Assembly: GCA_027490225.1 (NCBI GenBank)
Contig: JAIXYK010000057.1
Location: 13,015-77,014 of the forward strand
Source: Bacteroidota bacterium
GTDB taxonomy: Bacteria > Bacteroidota > Bacteroidia > M30B66
DNA: 64,000 nt
Direction of reading: 5' to 3'
Below, piece after piece: positions 48,037-56,669 of this stretch. Numbering within the stretch: position 1 is the stretch's first letter; each line of letters begins with the position of its first letter. The position numbers were made by a program, and so were the translations under genes. The notes beneath the pieces were generated by a model. That model did not search any database and had not been told where the DNA came from. It saw only the letters and a list, made by a program, of their open reading frames with translations.

Positions 48037-49554
48037 ATGAATAAAACTCTACTCTTCACATTTTCAATTATTTTTCTGTTTGTAAATAAAATTTCGGCTT
48101 GGAATATGCCTGAAGTAGTTGCTCCGCTTAACGCTGCCAACACTTTTACAGGAGTTACCATCAACTGGAATGCAGTAAATAATTCACAAGGCTATCAGTT
48201 AGAAATTGACACCCTTGCTACATTCTCAACACCTGCAAAGTTGAGGTTTACCAAAGACTACATCAGTACAAGCAGTGCAAACGAAGACACTGAACACAGC
48301 CTGAACAATTTGTTTTTTGGTCAAAAATATTACTGGAAAGTAAGGGCCTACATTAATGGCGATACTTCTGCCTGGAGTGCTACTTCTTTGTTTTCTACGT
48401 TTGCTATTGTAACTTTTGTAAGTCCCGAAAACGGAGTTCTAAATTTAGGAACCAATGGTATTACGCTAAATTGGGCAGCCTACGAGGGAGTTTCACAGTA
48501 TCAATTGCAAGTAGATACTACCAATCTTTTTAACTCGCCCATTTTAATCAATATTACAAAAACGTATTTGGGTGCTTCTTCAGATTCTGCTGATACAGAA
48601 CATACTATTTTTGCAGATATTGAAAACAGAACTTATTTCTGGCGCGTAAGAGCGCTTTCTGTAAATGATGCATCAGAATGGAATTCACGTTGGTTTTCTA
48701 CCGGTACCAATTCCTTTGCAATACCTGAAACACCTGCTTTGATTTTACCTTTTAATGATGAAACGGAAGTACCTACAATTATGCAATTTGTTTGGAACAG
48801 CAGTTTGTATGCAAATTCCTACCAGTTGTATGTTGATGAAAACAGCGATTTTACTTCACCATTGGTGTATACCACTACCGATACTTCCCGCATTGTGGTG
48901 ATTTTACAACCTAATCAGAAATATTACTGGTGCGTAAGGGCTTTTAACACACCTTCAATTGTTTCTTCTTGGTCTCAAATAAAGTCGTTTACGACAGTTA
49001 CAGTATTCGAAGGGCCTAATTTACTTGCACCTACGTTCAATGAAAACAACGTTTCTTTGAATGCAGATTTTGATTGGGAAGACATTGAAGACGCTACTTC
49101 TTACATTTTTTCTATAGACACCAGCAGCGATTTTAGTACACAGGTGTTAGATACAACAGAGTTTTCTGAGTATTCCACTGCATTGAATAAAGGCAGCAAG
49201 CGTTATTACTGGAGAGTAATGGCACAAAGAGATACACAGAATTCTATATGGAGCGATGTGTACGAATTTAAAACAGAATCGGCAGCAAGTACCTTTTCGG
49301 CATTCAATAAGCCAATGGTAAGCATTTTTCCAAATCCTTCGAGCGGAACTTTGTTTGTGTCGAGCGAGCAGTTGATTCAGAACATTATGGTTTTTGATAA
49401 TGCTGGGAAATTGATGGTAGATTACAACAATAGCAATGCGCAAAAACAATTGCACCTCGATTTACACACTTGGGCAACTGGCACTTATTTTTTAATTGTA
49501 AAGATGAATGACGGAACGGAAGCGAAACATAATTTCTTTGTGAAAGGGAATTGA
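48037..49554 (+). CDS. T9SS type-A cargo protein with four fibronectin-III-like repeats
   Basis: Signal peptide. Four repeats ending in the (Y)YW(R/K)VRA motif. CTD SIFPNPSSGTLFVS...GTYFLIVKMNDG. Confidence 0.65.
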   Translation: MNKTLLFTFSIIFLFVNKISAWNMPEVVAPLNAANTFTGVTINWNAVNNSQGYQLEIDTLATFSTPAKLRFTKDYISTSSANEDTEHSLNNLFFGQKYYWKVRAYINGDTSAWSATSLFSTFAIVTFVSPENGVLNLGTNGITLNWAAYEGVSQYQLQVDTTNLFNSPILINITKTYLGASSDSADTEHTIFADIENRTYFWRVRALSVNDASEWNSRWFSTGTNSFAIPETPALILPFNDETEVPTIMQFVWNSSLYANSYQLYVDENSDFTSPLVYTTTDTSRIVVILQPNQKYYWCVRAFNTPSIVSSWSQIKSFTTVTVFEGPNLLAPTFNENNVSLNADFDWEDIEDATSYIFSIDTSSDFSTQVLDTTEFSEYSTALNKGSKRYYWRVMAQRDTQNSIWSDVYEFKTESAASTFSAFNKPMVSIFPNPSSGTLFVSSEQLIQNIMVFDNAGKLMVDYNNSNAQKQLHLDLHTWATGTYFLIVKMNDGTEAKHNFFVKGN

Positions 49555-49614
49555 TAATTTGAAAGTCAGCGAAAACGCGTTGACGTGAGGAACGAAGTGG
49601 CAGCCGCCCAAAAA

Positions 49615-52023
49615 TTACCATTTCATCTTATATACTGCATCACCAATTCCGTAAATGGTTTTGCTATTTGGTAAAATTCTGAATTTGTTGGTGTACATGC
49701 CGAAATCTGCTTTTTGCCAGGTGAGGCCGCCGTTGGTAGTTTGAAAACCGCCTGCTGTGCTGCCTACAAAACCTATATTGGCATCGATGAAGCCAACGCC
49801 AAATTCCCGCACTTTATGGTTGTTGGTAAGTGGTATTTCGCTCCAGGTTTCGCCGGCATCATGGGTTTTTAAAACGTAGCGTTGGCTCACGGTGCTGTCG
49901 GGATTGTAGTTTTGAAGGGTAACGTAGCCGATTTTATGGGTAGGAAAACTGCATTTCCAGGTGAGCTCGAATGGGCGTGTACTCTGGTAAACTTTTTTCC
50001 AGGATTTTCCTGCGTCGGTGGTTTTGAGGATTACTGCATTGCATTTTTCCACATCTGCATCTGAGGCTGCGCAGATAAAACCTGTATCGGCCGACACAAA
50101 ATGAATGTCGAAAATGGCGGCGCAGTATTTTTCCATGTTCTCAGATTTCCAGGATTTACCGTTGTTGTAGCTGGTCATTAAAAACGCAGGACTACCAACC
50201 CTTCCGGCAGCTCTTATTGTATTTTCGGTTGCCGGATTTCCTGCATTGATCTTTATGTTTTTGTAAATATCTATGGCACATAATCCTTTTGGGTATGGTC
50301 CGAAAATGTTGGTAACGGCTTTCCAGGTTTTACCTGCATCAAAAGTTTCGTACAAGGCGGTAGTGTCTGTTACGTTGGGAAAATAATCGGTGCCCACATT
50401 TCCGATAAATCCATGTAAACTATCTGTAAATGCAAGGCAACGAATGAAGGTTCCCGGTTTTTCGTTTACCAATTCCCAGTTTTGTCCAGCGTTTTTGGTA
50501 TGGTATAATTTGCCTTTTCCATTGCCATACCAGCCAATATTTTCGTTGATAAAAAACACGTCATCTTGCTTGCCTTTGTAAGCTTCTGAATTGGTTTTCT
50601 GCCAAATAAATTCGGTCTTCGATTTATTCTCAATTACATTTTTTAGCCAATCAACAGAAACATATATGACTTCGGGATTGAAGTTCTCTACCATTATTTT
50701 GGAATAATTGGGATCAGCTTTGGTGCGGTAACCGTCTTCTATGCTACCAACTTTCGCAAATGCGTGGTCAGTTTGTTTTAAAAAATAGTAAGTTCCGTTT
50801 TCGGGATGGTAATGGTTGATAGTATTTACAATACTTTTGGCGCCTTCAGGATTCAGCGCTTCGATGTCTGCTTCACCATAAAATGCCAGCACTTTTGCGC
50901 TTGTTTTGCTCCATAAATCTATCGGATTAAGAGCATCTAATGTTTGGTTAAATGCAGCAGAACGCGTAAACAATAAATCGCTACCTTCTTGCCAACCAAA
51001 GTTTTCGGTCATGAATTGGCTGTAATCGGGATTTTCTTTTACGAATTGCGTAGGCGACTTTTTTTGCGTGTAAATTTCATACAAAGCTTTTCGGATTTTT
51101 CTTGCTGTATTTTCAACTTCAATGGGTTCCATGCCAAAACCATTGCTTTGAATGCGCGTCATTTCGAGGATGTATTCGCCCCAGATTTTATCGGTGGTTC
51201 CATAAACAACCGCACCTTTTACCCAAGTGTTTTTGGAAGTAAGCATTGGCGCAATGATTCCGCCCATGCTGTGTCCCCAAATGAAGATATTGTTGGTATC
51301 AATTTCGGGCATTTTTTTCAAGGTTAACAAGGCGTTTTCGAAAGCTTCGGCTTCTTCATGAATGTCTATTTGCTCGCAGGGCGGCGTATTTTCATTATCG
51401 CCGATGCCGGGTTTTTCTATGCGCAATACAGCAAATCCAGCTGCGGAGAGTCCGTCGGATAGTTGGCGGTAAGGATGTTTTTCGTCTAAATCCACATTCG
51501 GTGTGCAGGTATAACCTTGAATAAACAGAATGGCAGGAAGTTTTTGGGTAACAATTGCTGGTTTTGAAACAAGACTTCGGATGCGGCCATTTTTATAATT
51601 GAATTCACCGTACTGATAAGTTAATCCTGTTTTGTTTTCTTTAGGCCTTGCACTGGTTTTGCCTTTTAAAGTGATGAATTTATTGTTGCGCCAAACCTTG
51701 TAAACTATTGGTTCATTTTCCTTTAATGTGGCTAATTTTCCAGATTTTAAATCGGCTATTTTTTGAATGTTTATTTCGTTTACACTGCAAACAATATCGT
51801 TTTCTTTTACGCCGCAGTTGGCAGCACTTCCTGCCGGAATAACTTTTAAAACCAGTAATCCATTTGGTTCTTTATAGTTGTATTTTTTTGAAATACTATC
51901 GTTAATGGCTTGTAATGCAGCGCCATTGTAGTAATTGCGTTTTAAGCTTTGTGCATTGCTTATTGAAAAAAGAAAAATTAATATAGATAAAAGGTTTAGT
52001 TTCATTTCAGAATTTTGATGCAC
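49615..52023 (-). CDS. secreted multidomain hydrolase: PDZ + alpha/beta-hydrolase (S9/dienelactone-hydrolase-like) + C-terminal BNR/Ycf48-like beta-propeller
   Basis: Signal peptide. PDZ-like GLLVLKVIPAGSAA..GVKENDIV. Nucleophile elbow GHSMGG. C-terminal repeats DAGKTW, NAGQNW, DAGKSW, NGGLTW. Confidence 0.65.
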   Translation of the reverse strand: MHQNSEMKLNLLSILIFLFSISNAQSLKRNYYNGAALQAINDSISKKYNYKEPNGLLVLKVIPAGSAANCGVKENDIVCSVNEINIQKIADLKSGKLATLKENEPIVYKVWRNNKFITLKGKTSARPKENKTGLTYQYGEFNYKNGRIRSLVSKPAIVTQKLPAILFIQGYTCTPNVDLDEKHPYRQLSDGLSAAGFAVLRIEKPGIGDNENTPPCEQIDIHEEAEAFENALLTLKKMPEIDTNNIFIWGHSMGGIIAPMLTSKNTWVKGAVVYGTTDKIWGEYILEMTRIQSNGFGMEPIEVENTARKIRKALYEIYTQKKSPTQFVKENPDYSQFMTENFGWQEGSDLLFTRSAAFNQTLDALNPIDLWSKTSAKVLAFYGEADIEALNPEGAKSIVNTINHYHPENGTYYFLKQTDHAFAKVGSIEDGYRTKADPNYSKIMVENFNPEVIYVSVDWLKNVIENKSKTEFIWQKTNSEAYKGKQDDVFFINENIGWYGNGKGKLYHTKNAGQNWELVNEKPGTFIRCLAFTDSLHGFIGNVGTDYFPNVTDTTALYETFDAGKTWKAVTNIFGPYPKGLCAIDIYKNIKINAGNPATENTIRAAGRVGSPAFLMTSYNNGKSWKSENMEKYCAAIFDIHFVSADTGFICAASDADVEKCNAVILKTTDAGKSWKKVYQSTRPFELTWKCSFPTHKIGYVTLQNYNPDSTVSQRYVLKTHDAGETWSEIPLTNNHKVREFGVGFIDANIGFVGSTAGGFQTTNGGLTWQKADFGMYTNKFRILPNSKTIYGIGDAVYKMKW

Positions 52024-52105
52024 AAAAGTAGGGGAGTGGGTTTGTCAAAAATTGAGAAAAGGAAATCATTACTAAATTTGTTAACTTTGTAAAAAAAAAT
52101 CAAAA

Positions 52106-52351
52106 ATGCCCGAATTAACTATCAAGTATAAAAATAAGAGGACTTTGGATGCTTTGTTAGATTTTGCAAAGTATTTCGATTTTTCAATTATACTTCCATC
52201 TAAATCTAAAGGTAAAATATCGGAGATAAATGGCGTTTCTATAATTCGTGCCGATAATTCTATTGACACTTCTGAACTCGAAACTATATTTTCCACAAAC
52301 AATTTTGATGCAAAAGAAATCCGTGAAAAGGCATGGAAAAGAAAAAAATAG
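52106..52351 (+). CDS. hypothetical small protein
   Basis: 81-aa ORF in an AT-rich gap with no homology clue; overlapping antisense ORFs make the coding assignment uncertain. Confidence 0.3.
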   Translation: MPELTIKYKNKRTLDALLDFAKYFDFSIILPSKSKGKISEINGVSIIRADNSIDTSELETIFSTNNFDAKEIREKAWKRKK

Positions 52352-52429
52352 TTTGTCGTATATAGTTTATTTAAGTTATTACAAGAATTTAAATAATGAT
52401 AAACAACTTATTATTTCTAATAAAATAAT

Positions 52430-53053
52430 ATGAAGCAAAAATTACTCTTATTTGCACTAGTATTCTTAGTTTTTCTTCACTTTTCGGCAAATGCACAAGA
52501 AAAATACTTAGGTGCTGCAATTAGCAGCAATGCACCTTCATTGCCCGTTACTGGAATTGGAAATGTATTTCAGGGAAGTTTTCACCCAGGAATTGATGTT
52601 AATTATTCGAAGAAATTCAATAAAAAAGAAGTGAATCAATGGTTGTATAAAGTAAATGCAGGATTAATCTGGCAGAAATATGTGCAGACGCTTTTTACAG
52701 TTTCTGGAATGGCAGTTTATAGAAATAATCATTTTAAAAGATTAAACTTCGATTCAGGAATTGGCGCTGGTTACGGAGCATCTTTTGAAGGAGGTGCTGT
52801 TTTAAAGTTAAATGAAGATGGTGTATATGAAACCAGAAATAAATTTTCACCACGTTCTCAATTTGTAATTTTAGTGCAAGCCGGAATTATATATAATTTA
52901 AGAAAAGATGTAGCACAAAGTATGGCAATAACGCTGCATGCAAAAACCATAATTCAAGGTCCTTTTGTAAAAGGTTATGTGCCGCTTTTGCCAATAAATG
53001 CAATAGAATTGGGTGTTTTAATTCCTTTAAAAAAGAAAAATGAAAATAAATAA
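52430..53053 (+). CDS. hypothetical secreted protein
   Basis: Signal peptide (LVFLHFSANAQ); 207 aa, beta-rich. Confidence 0.45.
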   Translation: MKQKLLLFALVFLVFLHFSANAQEKYLGAAISSNAPSLPVTGIGNVFQGSFHPGIDVNYSKKFNKKEVNQWLYKVNAGLIWQKYVQTLFTVSGMAVYRNNHFKRLNFDSGIGAGYGASFEGGAVLKLNEDGVYETRNKFSPRSQFVILVQAGIIYNLRKDVAQSMAITLHAKTIIQGPFVKGYVPLLPINAIELGVLIPLKKKNENK

Positions 53054-54215
53054 ATCAATATTTTATTCGGTAATTATTTTGCTTTTATTTTCATTAAATA
53101 ATTGCAAAAAAGAAATTGGCCCAACTGAAGATATTGCTTGTTCTGGGCTGATAATTAATGAAAATCATCCAAAGAAAAATGCAATCAATGCAATTATTAC
53201 AGATTATGTAAAAAAGGGACTTCCCGGAATATCCGTATTAATTGAAGATAGCAATGGTATTTATGCCAATGCAGGTGGATTTGCTGATATTGAGAATAAT
53301 ATACCTTTTAAAACTTGTCATATTTCCAAAGCGGCAAGTATAACTAAAATGTTGGTGGGTACGCTTACTTTAAAGTTGCAAGAAGAAGGAAAGATAAATC
53401 TGGATGAGCCTATTAGTAAATATATCGATGCTGAAATTCTTAAAAAGATAGACAATGCAGAAGGAAAAACCATTCGACAATTGATGAACCATACAACAGG
53501 TATTTTCGATGTAATTACTTCTTCTAAATTTTACCTGGCAGTATTGAATACACCCAATAAAAAATGGACGCAGGAAGAGTTGTTGGAATATGTTTATGGG
53601 GAAGATGGATATGAATTAAATGCTCCCTATCCAGCACATTACAGCAATACCAATACTTTGTTATTGTCTATGTGCATAGAAAAGGCCACTGGTATTGCAC
53701 ATCATGTTTTATTAAAAGAAAAAATATTGTTGCCATTAAGTTTGGAAAATACATATTACCAAGGAAGAGAAGATTTACCGGGATTTACAGCACAAGGTTA
53801 TTTTGATTTGCATAACAACAATTCAATTGTAAACGTGAGCAATTTAATTACAGGTAGCGGAAATGGTTATGGTGGAATATTTTCGAATGTATTTGATTTA
53901 CATAAATTCGCAAAAGCGCTATTGGTAAATAAAACCATTTTAAGTGATTCATCTTTAAATGAAATGCAGCAATTTCTTCAAGAAGATACCGATTTTTATA
54001 CCGGTCCTGGATTGATTAAAAAATTCACCGATAAAGCCGCATTTGGAATTGGCCACACGGGCAGAGATTTAGGCTATAGTGCTGATTTATTTTACTTTCC
54101 AGCACAAAATAAGACCTTGGTGTTTTTTGTGAATTATGGTACCAATGGTTCAAGCGCTTTGAAAGATGTATTTAAACAATTTGAAAGTGATGTTGCGGAT
54201 GCTTTGTTGGAGTAG
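53040..54215 (+). CDS. serine hydrolase, class-C beta-lactamase/penicillin-binding-protein family lipoprotein
   Basis: Lipobox LNNC. SxxK motif (SITK) within HISKAASITKMLVG. YSN-like HYSNTNT motif. ~390 aa. Confidence 0.7.
   Translation: MKINKSIFYSVIILLLFSLNNCKKEIGPTEDIACSGLIINENHPKKNAINAIITDYVKKGLPGISVLIEDSNGIYANAGGFADIENNIPFKTCHISKAASITKMLVGTLTLKLQEEGKINLDEPISKYIDAEILKKIDNAEGKTIRQLMNHTTGIFDVITSSKFYLAVLNTPNKKWTQEELLEYVYGEDGYELNAPYPAHYSNTNTLLLSMCIEKATGIAHHVLLKEKILLPLSLENTYYQGREDLPGFTAQGYFDLHNNNSIVNVSNLITGSGNGYGGIFSNVFDLHKFAKALLVNKTILSDSSLNEMQQFLQEDTDFYTGPGLIKKFTDKAAFGIGHTGRDLGYSADLFYFPAQNKTLVFFVNYGTNGSSALKDVFKQFESDVADALLE
54177..54215 (+). repeat. direct repeat copy 1: the 3' end of the beta-lactamase-family gene
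   Basis: caatttgaaagtgatgttgcggatgctttgttggagtag aligns at ~85% identity with 54806..54843. Confidence 0.7.
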
Positions 54216-54274
54216 AGAAATTAGAAATTAACTTCAGTTAAATTGTAAATTGCCTTAAATTAAATCACTTAATA

Positions 54275-54802
54275 ATGAAAAAATCGGTATTAGTCATTAT
54301 CGCATTAACCGCTTCATTTTGTTTGGGCTTTGCATTTAATAATGTACTATTAAAACAAAAAAATGAAGAAGAGAAGTTAAAAAAAGTAACAGGCATTGGT
54401 GGTATATTTTTTAAGTGTAAAGACCCTAAAGCTGTGCGCGACTGGTATCAAACACATTTGGGATTAAACACCAATCAATACGGTTCTGTATTTGAGTGGT
54501 ATCAAGGAGCTGATTCTACGAAAAAAGGATTTTCTCAATGGAGTCCTTTTAAGGAAACAACTAAATATTTTGCCCCATCTACCAAAGAATTCATGATTAA
54601 TTACCGTGTGGCTAATTTAGAAGCACTATTAATCGAATTGAAGAAAGAAGGCGTAACTATTACGGATACTATGCAAAGCTTTGATTACGGAAAGTTCGTC
54701 CACATTATGGATATAGAAGGCAATAAAATTGAATTGTGGGAACCAAATGATGTGGTGTATGAAAAAATGGGAAAAGATATGGGGGCTGGAACTACAAAAT
54801 AG
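54275..54802 (+). CDS. VOC (glyoxalase/bleomycin-resistance-like) family protein
   Basis: 175 aa. GIGGIFFKCKDPKAVRDWY and HIMDIEGNKIELWE resemble the VOC beta-alpha-beta-beta-beta module. Confidence 0.5.
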   Translation: MKKSVLVIIALTASFCLGFAFNNVLLKQKNEEEKLKKVTGIGGIFFKCKDPKAVRDWYQTHLGLNTNQYGSVFEWYQGADSTKKGFSQWSPFKETTKYFAPSTKEFMINYRVANLEALLIELKKEGVTITDTMQSFDYGKFVHIMDIEGNKIELWEPNDVVYEKMGKDMGAGTTK

Positions 54803-54805
54803 TTG

Positions 54806-54843
54806 CAATTTGAAAGTGAATTGGAGGATGCTTTGTTAGACTG
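54806..54843 (+). repeat. direct repeat copy 2: degenerate duplicate of the upstream gene's 3' end
   Basis: caatttgaaagtgaattggaggatgctttgttagactg would encode QFESELEDALLD against the original QFESDVADALLE. Lies between the VOC stop and the mazF stop. Confidence 0.7.
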
Positions 54844-54848
54844 TTTTT

Positions 54849-55172
54849 TTAATCTACAAAAGTCTCTTTCAATACAGCTTTAACTTTTATTATTTCTTTT
54901 TCAGATAATGTGCCTAGAATTTTTACAATTCTTTGTTTGTCGATGGTTCTGATTTGATCTAATACAATCCAGCCGGTTTTTTTATCGAAATTTATGGAAA
55001 CGCGTGTTGGGTAATTTTTAGAACTACTTGTCATTGGTGCAACAACAATAGTATCTAAATGCTTATTCATTTCATTTGGCGATATAATAACGCATGGTCG
55101 CGTCTTTTTCATTTCGCTCCCAATTGTTGGGTCAAGATTTACTAAAACTATTTGATATTGTTTCATTACCAT
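54849..55172 (-). CDS. mazF: type II toxin MazF/PemK family endoribonuclease
   Basis: 107 aa; IVLVNLDPTIGSEMKKTRPCVIIS...VVAPMTS pattern of PemK/MazF. Confidence 0.75.
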   Translation of the reverse strand: MVMKQYQIVLVNLDPTIGSEMKKTRPCVIISPNEMNKHLDTIVVAPMTSSSKNYPTRVSINFDKKTGWIVLDQIRTIDKQRIVKILGTLSEKEIIKVKAVLKETFVD

Positions 55173-55408
55173 TCTTCCAAATTTTCATCTTCGAAAAAAT
55201 CGTTCATTAAAAGTTTGTCGTCACCATTTTTATGCATTTGTTTGAATGATTTTTCCCAACCGGCGCGTGGCGCAGAATGCGGTTTTAGAATAATATACCC
55301 TTTCTCTAAAATGAGCTCAATTTTATCTGTAATATTGTATTTCTGAAGCAGCGTTTTTGGAAGTCTAATTCCTTTAGAATTTCCAATTGGAATAATAGAA
55401 ATATCCAT
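55166..55408 (-). CDS. mazE: type II antitoxin MazE (AbrB/SpoVT-type swapped-hairpin)
   Basis: 80 aa. IPIGNSKGIRLPKTLL matches the AbrB/MazE fold. Overlaps mazF by 7 nt. Confidence 0.65.
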   Translation of the reverse strand: MDISIIPIGNSKGIRLPKTLLQKYNITDKIELILEKGYIILKPHSAPRAGWEKSFKQMHKNGDDKLLMNDFFEDENLEEW

Positions 55409-55490
55409 ATCATTTTTTTTTTTGTGATTACAAAGTTAGTACAAATTATTTAGAAATTTACAACCTTTCGAAAGTCTATATTTTTATTGT

Positions 55491-55519
55491 CTAAATGCCC
55501 ACAATAGCGACTGATGGCA
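55491..55519 (+). repeat. direct repeat copy 1 flanking the methyltransferase gene
   Basis: ctaaatgcccacaatagcgactgatggca versus 56540..56567 ctaaatgcccgcactagcggctgaggca (25/29 identical). Confidence 0.55.
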
Positions 55520-55724
55520 TTGTATTAATTCACATTATTAATACCAAAAGTATTTTGAAACGATTAGATTCAGTAATTTATTCCTTATCTTCGGACTTGG
55601 TAAAACAGATAGAATTCGTTTCTAATGTAGCAGCTTTTATTGACAGAGAAATGTTTTTTCATTGCTTTAAAACCGAAAAAAGAATAAGAATTGAAAGTAA
55701 GAATATTTAATTAAAAAATAGATT

Positions 55725-56510
55725 TTGAAAGATAAAATAAACAGTAATTATAAAGTTGGCGAATTAATTTATGATGCAAATATTTATGATGGTTTAAATA
55801 CTTTTCTGAATGATTTGCAATTTTATAAAAAGTGGCTACCGAAAAATAAGGATGCAAGAATACTGGAACTTTGCTGCGGCACAGGCAGACTTACACTTCC
55901 AATTGCAAAGGAAGGTTATGATATAACTGGTGTAGACAATGCATCAACTATGCTGAAGCAAGCAAAATTAAAATCGGCTGAGGCAGGATTAGAGATCAAG
56001 TTTATTGAAGCAGATATTAGAAATTTGGATTTACCTGAAAAATATGATTTAATTTTTATTCCATTTAATTCTATACATCATTTATATAAAAATGAAGATT
56101 TGTTGATGGCATTTAATGCGGTAAAAAAGCATCTTAAAAATGGAGGTTTATTTTTGTTAGATTGTTACAATCCCAATATTCATTATATAGTTGGAAATGA
56201 AAATGAATTAAAACAAATAGCTGAATACAAAACCAGCGATGGAAGAAAAGTGCTGATAAAACAGGCGATGCGATATGAAAATAGCACACAGATAAATAGA
56301 ATAGAATGGCTTTATTTTATAAATGGTGAATTTAATTCAATACAAAATCTGGATATGAGAATGTATTTTCCACAAGAATTAGATAGCTATTTGAAATTTA
56401 TAGGATTTAATATTGTGAAGAAGTTTGGAAGTTTTGAGGAGGAAGCGTTTAACGATAAATCGGAGAAACAGGTATTTGTGTGTGAAATAATTAATGATAA
56501 AAAATTATAA
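55725..56510 (+). CDS. class I SAM-dependent methyltransferase
   Basis: Motif I ILELCCGTGRLT; acidic residue after the beta2 strand (GVDNAS); 261 aa. Confidence 0.7.
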   Translation: MKDKINSNYKVGELIYDANIYDGLNTFLNDLQFYKKWLPKNKDARILELCCGTGRLTLPIAKEGYDITGVDNASTMLKQAKLKSAEAGLEIKFIEADIRNLDLPEKYDLIFIPFNSIHHLYKNEDLLMAFNAVKKHLKNGGLFLLDCYNPNIHYIVGNENELKQIAEYKTSDGRKVLIKQAMRYENSTQINRIEWLYFINGEFNSIQNLDMRMYFPQELDSYLKFIGFNIVKKFGSFEEEAFNDKSEKQVFVCEIINDKKL

Positions 56511-56539
56511 ATCGATTTATTCTATTTAGCATTTACTCC

Positions 56540-56567
56540 CTAAATGCCCGCACTAGCGGCTGAGGCA
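56540..56567 (+). repeat. direct repeat copy 2 flanking the methyltransferase gene
   Basis: See 55491..55519. Confidence 0.55.
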
Positions 56568-56669
56568 AATAGCTTGCGCATGAAATAAGCAACTATGGCC
56601 GAAGACGCGACCCCGCCGACGATATGGTGTTTTTGAAAATAATGTAAATGCGGGGGAGTGCCCAAAAAA

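Noticed and set aside
49882-51327. Antisense ORFs (49882..50064, 50390..50581, 50989..51327) opposite the 802-aa hydrolase gene
   Set aside because: They lie inside a long, domain-supported CDS on the other strand and have no motifs.
55152-55346. 64-aa ORF antisense to mazE
   Set aside because: Fully overlapped by the well-supported MazE frame on the other strand.
55495-55710. 71-aa ORF beginning inside direct-repeat copy 1 upstream of the methyltransferase
   Set aside because: No motif, AT-rich and low-complexity; more likely promoter region for the divergent mazE and methyltransferase genes. Its first codons being shared with the second repeat copy is recorded in the findings.
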